DNA from: an uncultured Gammaproteobacteria bacterium
GTDB lineage: Bacteria; Patescibacteriota; Microgenomatia; Levybacterales; UBA12049
Length of the DNA stretch: 64,000 nucleotides
NCBI GenBank assembly: GCA_964497535.1
Contig: CAZCCG010000002.1
Span: 234,972-298,971, forward strand
Reading direction: 5' to 3'
In this document: piece by piece, positions 31,009 through 40,321 of the stretch
How the letters are laid out: the number at the start of each line of letters is the position of its first letter
How positions within the stretch are numbered: position 1 is the first letter of the stretch
Notes under the pieces: generated by a model
Seen by the model: the letters and a program-made list of their open reading frames with translations, nothing else
What the model was told of the DNA's origin: nothing
Database searches by the model: none
Program-made: the position numbers and the translations under genes

Positions 31009-32688
31009 TTGAAAATTATGAGAAGGTCGATTATTGTTGTTCTATTAATTACCATTACCCTTCTAGCGGCACTTCTCAGATTCCCCGCTCTGGATAAAAT
31101 TCCTTCAGGATTTGCGATTGACGAAGCTGCTTTTGGCTATAATGCCTATTCGATCTTAAAAACAGGCAGAGATGAATATGGAATACCATTCCCTCTCAAT
31201 CTAAAATCATTCGGAGATTACAAAGCTGCCGGCTATGCTTATTTTGCGATTCCGGCAATTGCGATTTTTGGCCTTAGTGAATTTACAACTCGTCTTCCCT
31301 CAGCAATCTTTGGAACGCTCTTTGTATGGGTAGTTTATTTCCTTACTAAAAAACTGACCAAAGATATAAAGATATCCCTGATTGCTGCTGCTCTTACAGC
31401 AATCTGTCCTTCTCTTATTTTTCTCTCACGGATTCAAAGTGACCCACTGGTATCAGCATTTTTTGTGGTGCTAGGCATTTATTTACTATTACTATGGAAG
31501 GACAATAAGAACATATTTTTCTTTCTGCTATCTTTCTTCTCTTTTTTGATAAGTATGCTTACCTATCAGTCACCTCGAATTTTTGTTCCGCTTTTTCTTG
31601 TGGCATTTTTCTTGGTTTATCGGACATCGCTCTCAAAAAAACAGGTACTTTTCTCTCTGGGTGGATTTATAGGCTTAGGAATACTCATAGCCTTTCTTAT
31701 GTTCTCCGGCGGAGCACGGTATAAGCAAGTCAGCGTATTTTCTCAACCTGAGATCCGTTTGGTGCTTGAAGAAGAACTTCGGGAAGATGCAACCACCAAA
31801 CCGATTATTACACGCCTGTTCCATAATAAACCGATTGAATATGGAAGATATCTTGTTGAGAACTTTTTCAGGCATCTAGATTTTGACTTTCTTTTTTATC
31901 AAGCAAATTCCCCCATCCGGGAACGTGTTCCCAATACTGGAGTACTATATCTTATCGATTTACCTTTTCTAATATATGGTGCTTATTTAATACTTCATAA
32001 AAAGGTACGATGGGGATATATCCTTTTGGTATGGATTTTGCTACAAGCATTTTCCCTGTCTTTCACCTTTGACGAATCACCCAACATCCATCGTTTTATA
32101 GCGGCAACCATTCCTCTTGAAATAATTATAGCTTTTGGTATTACCCGATTTCTTCAGAATTTCAAAAAAAGGCCATTTCTCCATATGGGACTCCTGGTTC
32201 TTATTCCCTTTCTCTATTTCTATAGCGTTATTTATTATTTCCATGAGCTCATCGTACACCAACCGGTTCATCAACCATGGTTTAGAAATTCTGCCTATAA
32301 AGAGATGGTTACAGAAATCAATGAAAAATACGATACATCCAAAAAATTTATTATCACCAATACGGAATCAAATCCCTATATGTTTATATTGTTCTACAAT
32401 AAATATGATCCAAGAAAGTATCAAGAGTCCGGCTCTAATGGTAACGAAAACTACAAAGGTTTTGATAAATATGTTTTTGTCCCTCTGAATTGTCCGCTCT
32501 ATAGTGGTAATTCTATAGACCCAGCCACGGGAGATCCGGAAATAGTGTATATCGAACGAGGAAATTGTAATAATCCTCCAAATGTGAAAATTACCTATCT
32601 TAGATGGGGAGATAAATCATCAGCCTTTAAAATGATGAAACTTATTCCAACAGCACCACAACCAACCACTTCAACCAACCAAGAATAA
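31009..32688 (+). CDS. GT-C (ArnT/PMT-like) glycosyltransferase, inverted relative to the cluster
   Basis: IDEAAFGYNAY..GRDEYG..SFGDYK, TRLPSA. Start probably the ATG at 31018. Confidence 0.85.
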   Translation: MKIMRRSIIVVLLITITLLAALLRFPALDKIPSGFAIDEAAFGYNAYSILKTGRDEYGIPFPLNLKSFGDYKAAGYAYFAIPAIAIFGLSEFTTRLPSAIFGTLFVWVVYFLTKKLTKDIKISLIAAALTAICPSLIFLSRIQSDPLVSAFFVVLGIYLLLLWKDNKNIFFFLLSFFSFLISMLTYQSPRIFVPLFLVAFFLVYRTSLSKKQVLFSLGGFIGLGILIAFLMFSGGARYKQVSVFSQPEIRLVLEEELREDATTKPIITRLFHNKPIEYGRYLVENFFRHLDFDFLFYQANSPIRERVPNTGVLYLIDLPFLIYGAYLILHKKVRWGYILLVWILLQAFSLSFTFDESPNIHRFIAATIPLEIIIAFGITRFLQNFKKRPFLHMGLLVLIPFLYFYSVIYYFHELIVHQPVHQPWFRNSAYKEMVTEINEKYDTSKKFIITNTESNPYMFILFYNKYDPRKYQESGSNGNENYKGFDKYVFVPLNCPLYSGNSIDPATGDPEIVYIERGNCNNPPNVKITYLRWGDKSSAFKMMKLIPTAPQPTTSTNQE

Positions 32689-34182
32689 TTATCGTACCAT
32701 CAGGTGTCTTACTTCCAGGATTCCATAGGAAAAGGATGACGTTGTTTTTCCCCACCTACTAACTGTTTTTTCAAGCCATTCTTTTTGATATAAAGGACTA
32801 CTGGTATCTTTTTGAATAATAACAAAGAGCATATTTGCTCCCTGGACAGGGGTCTTTTTATGATCCTCCGTTGCGGTATGCCAGAATAAATATTCCCAAG
32901 CCTGCTGTGACCAATAAGGAATTGTATAGGACTGTATATCAAATGGTTTTCCATTAGACTCTGCAAAGATTCTTTTTATTACAAATTGTTGATCCCGATA
33001 ATATAAATCAGGTTGAGCAGCTTGAAATGTTACGTGTCGGTTCGTCAGTATACTGCTTTTCCAAAATAGAACTTGTGATAACAATAGAAAAGATAAAATA
33101 AGATATCCCAATACATAATTTCTACCGATAAGATATGAAATAAAGTATGCAATAAGTACTATATATGCACCCGCTGACATCAGAAATAAATGTTCAAGTG
33201 AATCATGTCTCAAACCGATCAAAACTAAAAGGGGCGTAAATAGCCATAAATAGAGAAGCACTCCTTTATCCGTTTTTTTGTATTTTCTTATAAAAATCAC
33301 CAGACTTAACACCAACAAGATAAATGCTATTACAAAACTATTTGGATATACAAAATAAGACCATATCACAAAAAACGTCTCCAGTGCTTTCATAGCTGCC
33401 TGAGGGTAAGATAAATAAAATCCTGACTTACCACCTGCTAGTGCCAATAAACTATTTGTAATAAGCCATTGATGACGAAGATCAAACAAAAGAAAATTCA
33501 TTACAGAAGAAATAAGAGCAATAGCAACAGAACTTAGAAGAATTAATTTTGGCGTTGATAACAACCGTTGCCGATAGATAATTATAAGGAGCAAAATAAA
33601 TCCTCCATAAAAAAGAAAGTTAATAAATTCTGCTTGGCCAAGCATTCCAAAGGTTATAGCAACCAGTAATAAGTATTTTTTATTGCCTTGTAAAAATCGC
33701 CAGGTAAATAATGCAAAGAGAATCCCAAGAGGCATGGATAACGGAGGATTGGATAACCATCTGGCGTATACAATGGCACCCCAGGAAAAGGAGAATAAGA
33801 CCGCGGCAAGTATCCCAACGGTTTTACCAAACATCTCTTTTCCCAAAAAGTATAAAGCAATTAAAGAAAGTGATTGAATTGCTATAAAAAAGGCTGAAAC
33901 AACCAATGGGTCTCCCCTACTGATCAAAAATGGTATAGCTGCAACATAGTAAAATAACGGTCCGTGAAATACTCCTTCGATATCGGTTTTAGAACCGATA
34001 AGAGTCATCTTGTGATTTTGAACAATGTCTCGGATAACCAGAAAATCCCTTCCTTGCTCAGGACCAAAAAAAAGATTTGAAGGCATCACATAAAATCTTA
34101 GAAAAAAAGCCAGGATAACAAAAATCCCAAGTAAAACTGCTGCAGGTAAAATAAGCGTTCTCTTTTTTAATTTTTCATTCAT
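32689..34182 (-). CDS. GT-C glycosyltransferase
   Basis: FGPEQGRD..LIGS..GVFHGPLFYY, FDLRH. Paralog of 24666-26171. Confidence 0.82.
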   Translation of the reverse strand: MNEKLKKRTLILPAAVLLGIFVILAFFLRFYVMPSNLFFGPEQGRDFLVIRDIVQNHKMTLIGSKTDIEGVFHGPLFYYVAAIPFLISRGDPLVVSAFFIAIQSLSLIALYFLGKEMFGKTVGILAAVLFSFSWGAIVYARWLSNPPLSMPLGILFALFTWRFLQGNKKYLLLVAITFGMLGQAEFINFLFYGGFILLLIIIYRQRLLSTPKLILLSSVAIALISSVMNFLLFDLRHQWLITNSLLALAGGKSGFYLSYPQAAMKALETFFVIWSYFVYPNSFVIAFILLVLSLVIFIRKYKKTDKGVLLYLWLFTPLLVLIGLRHDSLEHLFLMSAGAYIVLIAYFISYLIGRNYVLGYLILSFLLLSQVLFWKSSILTNRHVTFQAAQPDLYYRDQQFVIKRIFAESNGKPFDIQSYTIPYWSQQAWEYLFWHTATEDHKKTPVQGANMLFVIIQKDTSSPLYQKEWLEKTVSRWGKTTSSFSYGILEVRHLMVR

Positions 34183-34183
34183 A

Positions 34184-34906
34184 TTATGAGAAACGCAAAG
34201 TTAAAATTGTTTTCAGGGAATCAATACCATCCCGAACAGTATGCAGTTTTTTCCCTTCTGCATGATCCCGAGGTATAGTTCTAATAGGTAATTCGACTAT
34301 TTTATATCCTTTTTTTATCAGCTTTATTGTTATCTCAGGGTCGGTACTGAATCCATTTGCCGCAAGCTTTTCGTTTTTAAATACAATGGTCGGGAAAATC
34401 TTATAACAAGTATTCATATCTGTTATCCATTGTCCGTACAGCATACTTGTAATAAGACTCAATGCTCTATTTCCAAAATAATGCAGGAAAAAGAGTGGTT
34501 TTTTTTCATCTTTTGACAAATTCGGAAGGCGATTTAAACGAGTACCATATACTACGTATGCGGTACCATCTTTTATTGGTTTCAAAAGAATTGGTAAATA
34601 AGAAGGACTATATTCCAAATCAGCATCTTGTATTACACAATAATCACCGGTAGCATTTTCAATTGCCGTACGAAGAGCAGCCCCTTTTCCTTGGTTTTTT
34701 TTATGCTGAATAAATGTAATATGTGATTTATCCTTAGATGTTTTGAGATAGGATAAAATCTTTTCAGCCGTAGCATCTGTTGAACCATCATCTACCAAAA
34801 CGGTTTCTTTCTCAAATCCAGGCAACTTTACTTCAGATACTCTTTTGATAACTTCAATGACAGTTTTTTCCTCATTAAAAACCGGTATAAGAATTGATAA
34901 TTTCAT
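34184..34906 (-). CDS. GT2, polyprenol-phosphate sugar synthase-like
   Basis: IPVFNEE, VDDGSTD, NQGKGAA, QDADLEY, TDMNTCYK, EGKK. Confidence 0.9.
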   Translation of the reverse strand: MKLSILIPVFNEEKTVIEVIKRVSEVKLPGFEKETVLVDDGSTDATAEKILSYLKTSKDKSHITFIQHKKNQGKGAALRTAIENATGDYCVIQDADLEYSPSYLPILLKPIKDGTAYVVYGTRLNRLPNLSKDEKKPLFFLHYFGNRALSLITSMLYGQWITDMNTCYKIFPTIVFKNEKLAANGFSTDPEITIKLIKKGYKIVELPIRTIPRDHAEGKKLHTVRDGIDSLKTILTLRFS

Positions 34907-35859
34907 GTTCTAAATTTTTGAATAATTTCCCAGTCAGATCTTTTACGAAGTTTTCGAAATCTGAGATTCCATTTTATACTATTTTTAAGCTTTAGAAAAG
35001 CCTGGCAAAAACCGACAAGAAATGGCATGTTTCGTTGCATTAGTGCTCCCGCCAAATGATAAGGAGCCCAAAGAATATGGGAAAATAGCAAATTCGAATC
35101 GGTTATATTGTTCCATACAAATAAAAATTGGTTTCTATAGGAAATAACCTGTATCTCGTAATTAGAATACCTTATTTTAATTGACCCTTCTTCATGATAA
35201 TGGGTAACAACACTCTCTTTCTCAAAAAGAACAGTATAGCCGGCTTTCCACGCACGATATGAGAGATCAATATCTTCCCAGTAGAATGGGTTATAGAGCT
35301 CATTCATACCCTCTAATTGATCCCAATATATCTTTCTGAAGGCACTACTGCCTCCGCTTGCCCACAACGACTCTTTTTTATCAAGTTTACCGGCCGAGTG
35401 CAATAAAAATCCCCTGTGCCATCGTCCCAACCCCCGTCCCCGTTCAACTACCGTATCTTTTTCTACACTTTTATCCAAGCACCCTACTCCAAAGACCTGT
35501 TGATCTTCAAAGTTTTTCAAAAGAGGTTCCAAAAATCCAATTTTCGGTTGTACATCGGTATTGAGTAACAAAACAAAATCACCGGTTGCTTTTTTTACTC
35601 CGTTATTCACAGTAGTTGAAAACCCGGAATTCTTTTCATTCTTTAAAACATGCAGGGAAGTATTTTTTTTCCTTGCAACAGAGATAAAGTCATGTAAAAT
35701 CTCCAGTGAATTATCGGTTGAAGAATCATCAACTACAATTATTTCTGCTTGGGTTTGGCTTTTTTTTATATATTCGCCCACAACCTCAAGAACAACAGGA
35801 AAGTTTTTCTTCAACAAAAGCTCCCCATTATAATTAGGCATAACGATACTTATTTTCAT
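34903..35859 (-). CDS. GT2 glycosyltransferase (WbbL-like)
   Basis: VDDSSTD, NSGFS..N.G, LLNTD, FYWEDIDLSYRAW. Confidence 0.9.
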   Translation of the reverse strand: MKISIVMPNYNGELLLKKNFPVVLEVVGEYIKKSQTQAEIIVVDDSSTDNSLEILHDFISVARKKNTSLHVLKNEKNSGFSTTVNNGVKKATGDFVLLLNTDVQPKIGFLEPLLKNFEDQQVFGVGCLDKSVEKDTVVERGRGLGRWHRGFLLHSAGKLDKKESLWASGGSSAFRKIYWDQLEGMNELYNPFYWEDIDLSYRAWKAGYTVLFEKESVVTHYHEEGSIKIRYSNYEIQVISYRNQFLFVWNNITDSNLLFSHILWAPYHLAGALMQRNMPFLVGFCQAFLKLKNSIKWNLRFRKLRKRSDWEIIQKFRT

Positions 35860-35861
35860 AG

Positions 35862-38165
35862 TTATAAAAGAGAATTACTAAAAACTACCCGGTGCTCCCC
35901 CGCGGGAATGATAACACCTCTGAAGTTATAATCCGCCCGTACAATTGTACCTTGTTTTCCATCAATGAGTACTGACCAAGTCGGATAGTATGTCTCTGTG
36001 AGAACGAGGAAACCTTCATGAGTATTACTTGTTGTAACAACAACTGAATTATCTCTATATGATGAGATATGCGCAGATCCTGGTGTAAAGCTTTTACTAC
36101 TCAGGTTATATTGCTCAACTACTGCTGATTTTTTCGGATCAAAAGAAGAAGACAGTATCGTATTTATAGCAGATTGCTTATCATGAGTAGGTATAACATT
36201 TGTTACAAAAAAAGCCCGTTGCACTACCTGTTTATTTTCATAGATCCGGGTCTGACCTTCCTGAAAAACTTTCACCAGCTTTGGTGACTGTATATCATGA
36301 AGGCTTAAGATATATTTAACTCCAAGCAGATCAATAATGGAAGATTCAAAGTTATGAGGAGTAATAATTCTGTTAAATCCAAATGGCCCTGAAATGTCAG
36401 CTTTTTTCCGCTCCGAAGCAATAATAAGCTCTCCATATCGCTGCAAATATAAAGGGTCGTATCCTTCAACTGACTGCAATTTATACATGAGTTGGAAATT
36501 GGGAGGCAAAATCTGATCATCAACTGCCATAATTCTGTAATTATTAGTATTATGTTGCAAAAATGAGATCGAGCGAGTCGTTGGGAAAAGATATATTCTG
36601 TCAGTAAACGGAGTAAATTTCTGGGCAAAACGGAATAGGTCAAAAATAGTAATGCCAATAATACATGCAATAATAATATTTCGCATATTTTTATTCTTTA
36701 AAAAAAGATTTGCAAACAAAATAATAACCGCTATACCAGAAAGAAGTGTCGGTATATAAAGATTCCGTTTTGCTGTTATTACATTTTCCATCAAAATATC
36801 TACCCCAACTTTTTCTCCAAAGATTATGAAACTCCATAAACCTGCAAAAATAAGCACAAAAAGTAGTAAAACCGGAATAATAGTTTTTTGGCTGGTTTTG
36901 AGATAGTAATCCATTCCAAATGCAGCCAACACGGCTAAGGCAAAATCCACAAGAAAAATCAGCCGTGTAGGTTGAGATGTGGATAACAAAGGAACATGTA
37001 ACAGAAAGGGGATTTGCGCAAAAATAGTCGGGAAAGCAAATAAAAATGCTCCAATAAGGACGAGTCCAAAAAAAAGCGTTTTCTTATCCCGTCTGAAAAA
37101 TAATGCAAAAATAGCAAATAATAAAGGGATGATACCGACATACCCTACGAATTCAGCATAATTCCATACTCCCCAGTAATTACCTGTGGCCGGATTTCCA
37201 AAAAAATCAGGGGCAATAAATTGGATACTATTTTCCCAGGGGATAAACCACCCTGCTTTTTGCCAATCCTGATCTATATTTCGGGCTGAAAGAGAAACAA
37301 GCTGAGCTGAAGGAATCCACTGGACAGCAGTAATAATAGCAAAAAGGAATAAACAAATAATAAAACCAAAGAGTACTTTTGCAGGTGGTTTTAATTGTAT
37401 AAATCGAGCAATTATATATGCCAGGCATACCACAAAAAGATAAAAGAATGTCTGCACGTGCCCCGCCAAGAAGGAACAAACCAATGAAAGTATAAAAACG
37501 AGCGACCAAACTAAGTTTTTCCGGACTCTTATTTGTTTATTTACTATTTGATATTTGATATTTGATATTGCTTTACTTGTTGAAAATATAAACATCTTGT
37601 CTATAGACAAAAGCACCAAAGGAAGCCACAAGGCAACATGCAGAACCGTTCCCCATTCCAACCATGCCACAAAAAATCCACAGAAGCTAAAAGACAAAGC
37701 ACCTAGTATTGATGCCCAGGGATTTAACCTTAAATTTCGCAAATAAAGATAGAGGAATAACCCTGCCAGAATAGGTTGTACAATAATCAAAAGACTCCAA
37801 CCTGCCTGAAAGGGTATGAGAAATAAAATGATATTCAATGGATAGAAGGCTGCCGATTGTCCATTCGCAAGCAAGGGAATTCCCGCCATTGCGTAGGGAT
37901 TCCACAGAGGAAGCTCAAATGCTTTTTGGGCAGTAACACTCACCCATCGCCATGGATACTGCTGACGTACAGGGTCGGTAATAAGAAAGTTTTTAAATGG
38001 AATGCCATTGGGATAGTCTTTTGCATATAAATCCCTGAAAGGATGATATAACCCGATGATTGTATCTGCAGGAATAGGCAATTTATCATGAATAAAAAAT
38101 GGGGCAAAAAATGCCACCACGATTATAATCAGAATGAAGATCGGAAGAAGAACGAGTTTTCTCAT
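35862..38165 (-). CDS. YfhO-family membrane protein (GT-C)
   Basis: PLWNPY..G.PLLAN.Q..FYP, and C-terminal LVLTETYYPTW..IDG..ADYNFRGV.IPAGEH. Confidence 0.87.
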   Translation of the reverse strand: MRKLVLLPIFILIIIVVAFFAPFFIHDKLPIPADTIIGLYHPFRDLYAKDYPNGIPFKNFLITDPVRQQYPWRWVSVTAQKAFELPLWNPYAMAGIPLLANGQSAAFYPLNIILFLIPFQAGWSLLIIVQPILAGLFLYLYLRNLRLNPWASILGALSFSFCGFFVAWLEWGTVLHVALWLPLVLLSIDKMFIFSTSKAISNIKYQIVNKQIRVRKNLVWSLVFILSLVCSFLAGHVQTFFYLFVVCLAYIIARFIQLKPPAKVLFGFIICLFLFAIITAVQWIPSAQLVSLSARNIDQDWQKAGWFIPWENSIQFIAPDFFGNPATGNYWGVWNYAEFVGYVGIIPLLFAIFALFFRRDKKTLFFGLVLIGAFLFAFPTIFAQIPFLLHVPLLSTSQPTRLIFLVDFALAVLAAFGMDYYLKTSQKTIIPVLLLFVLIFAGLWSFIIFGEKVGVDILMENVITAKRNLYIPTLLSGIAVIILFANLFLKNKNMRNIIIACIIGITIFDLFRFAQKFTPFTDRIYLFPTTRSISFLQHNTNNYRIMAVDDQILPPNFQLMYKLQSVEGYDPLYLQRYGELIIASERKKADISGPFGFNRIITPHNFESSIIDLLGVKYILSLHDIQSPKLVKVFQEGQTRIYENKQVVQRAFFVTNVIPTHDKQSAINTILSSSFDPKKSAVVEQYNLSSKSFTPGSAHISSYRDNSVVVTTSNTHEGFLVLTETYYPTWSVLIDGKQGTIVRADYNFRGVIIPAGEHRVVFSNSLL
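37538..37569. repeat. Heptamer tandem repeat (TATTTGA x3 plus degenerate units) inside the YfhO gene
   Basis: tatttac-tatttga-tatttga-tatttga-tatt. Encodes ISNIKYQI on the minus strand. Confidence 0.8.
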
Positions 38166-39232
38166 GAAATAATAGTATGTATTTTCTCACAAAAATGTTC
38201 TTTATTAAACTCTTGAGCTCGTTTCTTCGCATTTTTACTCAATCGCGTTACAAACTCAGGATTATTCATCAGCTCAGTACTTTTTTGTATCAGCTCTTCC
38301 GGAGTATTCCACACGAAACCACTCACTCCATCCTCAACAATTTCTTTTTGTCCTCCTGCGTTAATAACCACAGGAACTGCGCCGCATATCATTGCCTCCA
38401 CTGTGGATATGCCAAAATGTTCGGCGCGATCAGGATGTTTTTCCAAATCCTGCCCATACCCTGATGCATGCCAATATATTGTAGCTTTTTCATAGTGCTC
38501 CCACAAAACATCTGACCCGGGGTTTACAATAAATTCTATTGGGTACCCGGATGCTTTCTTTTGTAGTTTTGAAAGCGCGTTTCGGTCTTGATCCATAACG
38601 CTGGTAATAAGCACAAACTTCCAGTGTTTGAGTCCCTGTTGCACCATTTCAATATAGGTATCAACCAACATATCCTGCTTTTTATAACTAGACCCTGCCT
38701 GATTAACACCAAAACGGCCAACGTTAAGAATTATATTTTCTTTTTTGAATGGCTTTACATTGCTGGGAATTTCAATGGGAGGATATAACACAAGACTATC
38801 TACCCCAAATGTTTTGTCTATAAATGATTTAGTAAATCTTGAATTGCAAATAAATTTGTTTACTCGAAATAATTTCAGCCTATTTTTAAACGCGGCTCCA
38901 TTCACCCACTGCATTGGAGATTGAAAATGCACATATAATTTAGACGCAACAACAGGAATACTTCCATCACTCAAAATTATAATTGCATCAAATTTACCGG
39001 ATTCAATGACGCGGGATAGTGAACTTACGGATCTGGCAAAAATATTTTTAGTAAATGTTATAGTATCTAAGGAGAAACCAAAGCGGTAAGCTGCACTTTT
39101 TCGTATACTTTGCTCATCATCCCAAAATAGAGAAACGGTATTATTCTGTGAAAGACACATGGCCATGGTAAGCATGTATTTCTCTCCCCCAGCCATGGTA
39201 TCCAAATACGGATCATAAATTCCAATTTTCAC
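38162..39232 (-). CDS. GT4 glycosyltransferase
   Basis: PYLDTMAGGEKY, VGRF, KKQD, EHFGISTVEAM..G. Confidence 0.92.
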   Translation of the reverse strand: MKIGIYDPYLDTMAGGEKYMLTMAMCLSQNNTVSLFWDDEQSIRKSAAYRFGFSLDTITFTKNIFARSVSSLSRVIESGKFDAIIILSDGSIPVVASKLYVHFQSPMQWVNGAAFKNRLKLFRVNKFICNSRFTKSFIDKTFGVDSLVLYPPIEIPSNVKPFKKENIILNVGRFGVNQAGSSYKKQDMLVDTYIEMVQQGLKHWKFVLITSVMDQDRNALSKLQKKASGYPIEFIVNPGSDVLWEHYEKATIYWHASGYGQDLEKHPDRAEHFGISTVEAMICGAVPVVINAGGQKEIVEDGVSGFVWNTPEELIQKSTELMNNPEFVTRLSKNAKKRAQEFNKEHFCEKIHTIIS

Positions 39233-39315
39233 CTTTTAATTTTACCACAACTATTTAATTTAGTTGACATGAGCCACCTTTTGACCTTTTTATGAAAGCA
39301 TGCTATTCTTTTGAT

Positions 39316-39546
39316 ATGGATTATTCCAACCCTTTTGCCCATGTCTCTCCGGTTCTGCTTGTCATACTTTTGACGTGGTCGTATGTATGGAAAGGTCTTG
39401 CACTGTGGCATGCAGTAACAAACAAACAAAAAGTATGGTTCTTGTTTCTCTTAGTTTTAAATACCTTTGGAATTTTGGAGATTACATACCTGTTCTTTTT
39501 CTCAAAAAAGAAGTTCAAATTAGAGACACTAAGACTCCGGAAGTAG
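39316..39546 (+). CDS. DUF5652-like small membrane protein
   Basis: WSYVWKGLALW..KQKVWF..LNTFGILEITYLF. Start at ATG 39316, 6 nt after TGcTATTCT. Confidence 0.8.
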   Translation: MDYSNPFAHVSPVLLVILLTWSYVWKGLALWHAVTNKQKVWFLFLLVLNTFGILEITYLFFFSKKKFKLETLRLRK

Positions 39547-39567
39547 AAAAGTTAGCTCAAATTACAT

Positions 39568-40320
39568 TTATTTATCCTTATGTTTTTGCTCCTGCAATTG
39601 CCAGAGTTGTGCATAAGTTATAAAGATACTAAATGCCTGATACATACTTTCAATAAGTCCTACTGTTCCTACGCTATAACCTTTTTGCCGTATATAATAA
39701 TCAAAAAATGTAGGAATCATAACACGGGGAAATCTCCACCAGGTCATTTTAGGATGATTTGCTTTAAAGCGAAGCTCTGCTTCAATCTGAGACCATTGAA
39801 TTGTTTTTTCAACCATCATGGATAAATTTCGCCGTGTATAGTGAGTAAGATATCCTGATAACTGCCCTGCCTGACCTTGAATCGAAGGACTCTCATGTAG
39901 TTTCCCATACCATCCTTTGAGTGAGTCTTTCAGAAACAATCGCTCCATTGATTCCATAACCGGCCACTCGTGATTACCAAAATAAAAATTCTTGCGAAAC
40001 ACTTTGTAAAAATCGAATTCCGTTTTTGGAGAAGCAACAACTGACTGTATTTCTTTTGCAAGATCTGACGATACCCGTTCATCAGCATCAATATAAAAAA
40101 CCCAGTTTCCTTTTGCTTTTAAAAGCCCTGCATCACGCATTTTTGCAAAGCTATCAGTTGTAACTCCCACAACTTTTGCTTTCATACGCTGGGCAATCTC
40201 AATTGTCCGATCAGTTGAACCTGAATCAACTACAATAATTTCATCGCAGAAAGAAAGAGAATCCAAACAATCGGCAATCATTTTTTCTTCATTTTTTGTA
40301 ATAACAATTGCGCTTATCAT
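39568..40320 (-). CDS. GT2 glycosyltransferase (WaaE/KdtX-like)
   Basis: ITKNEE, VDSGSTD, IDADE, LHE. Confidence 0.9.
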   Translation of the reverse strand: MISAIVITKNEEKMIADCLDSLSFCDEIIVVDSGSTDRTIEIAQRMKAKVVGVTTDSFAKMRDAGLLKAKGNWVFYIDADERVSSDLAKEIQSVVASPKTEFDFYKVFRKNFYFGNHEWPVMESMERLFLKDSLKGWYGKLHESPSIQGQAGQLSGYLTHYTRRNLSMMVEKTIQWSQIEAELRFKANHPKMTWWRFPRVMIPTFFDYYIRQKGYSVGTVGLIESMYQAFSIFITYAQLWQLQEQKHKDK

Positions 40321-40321
40321 A

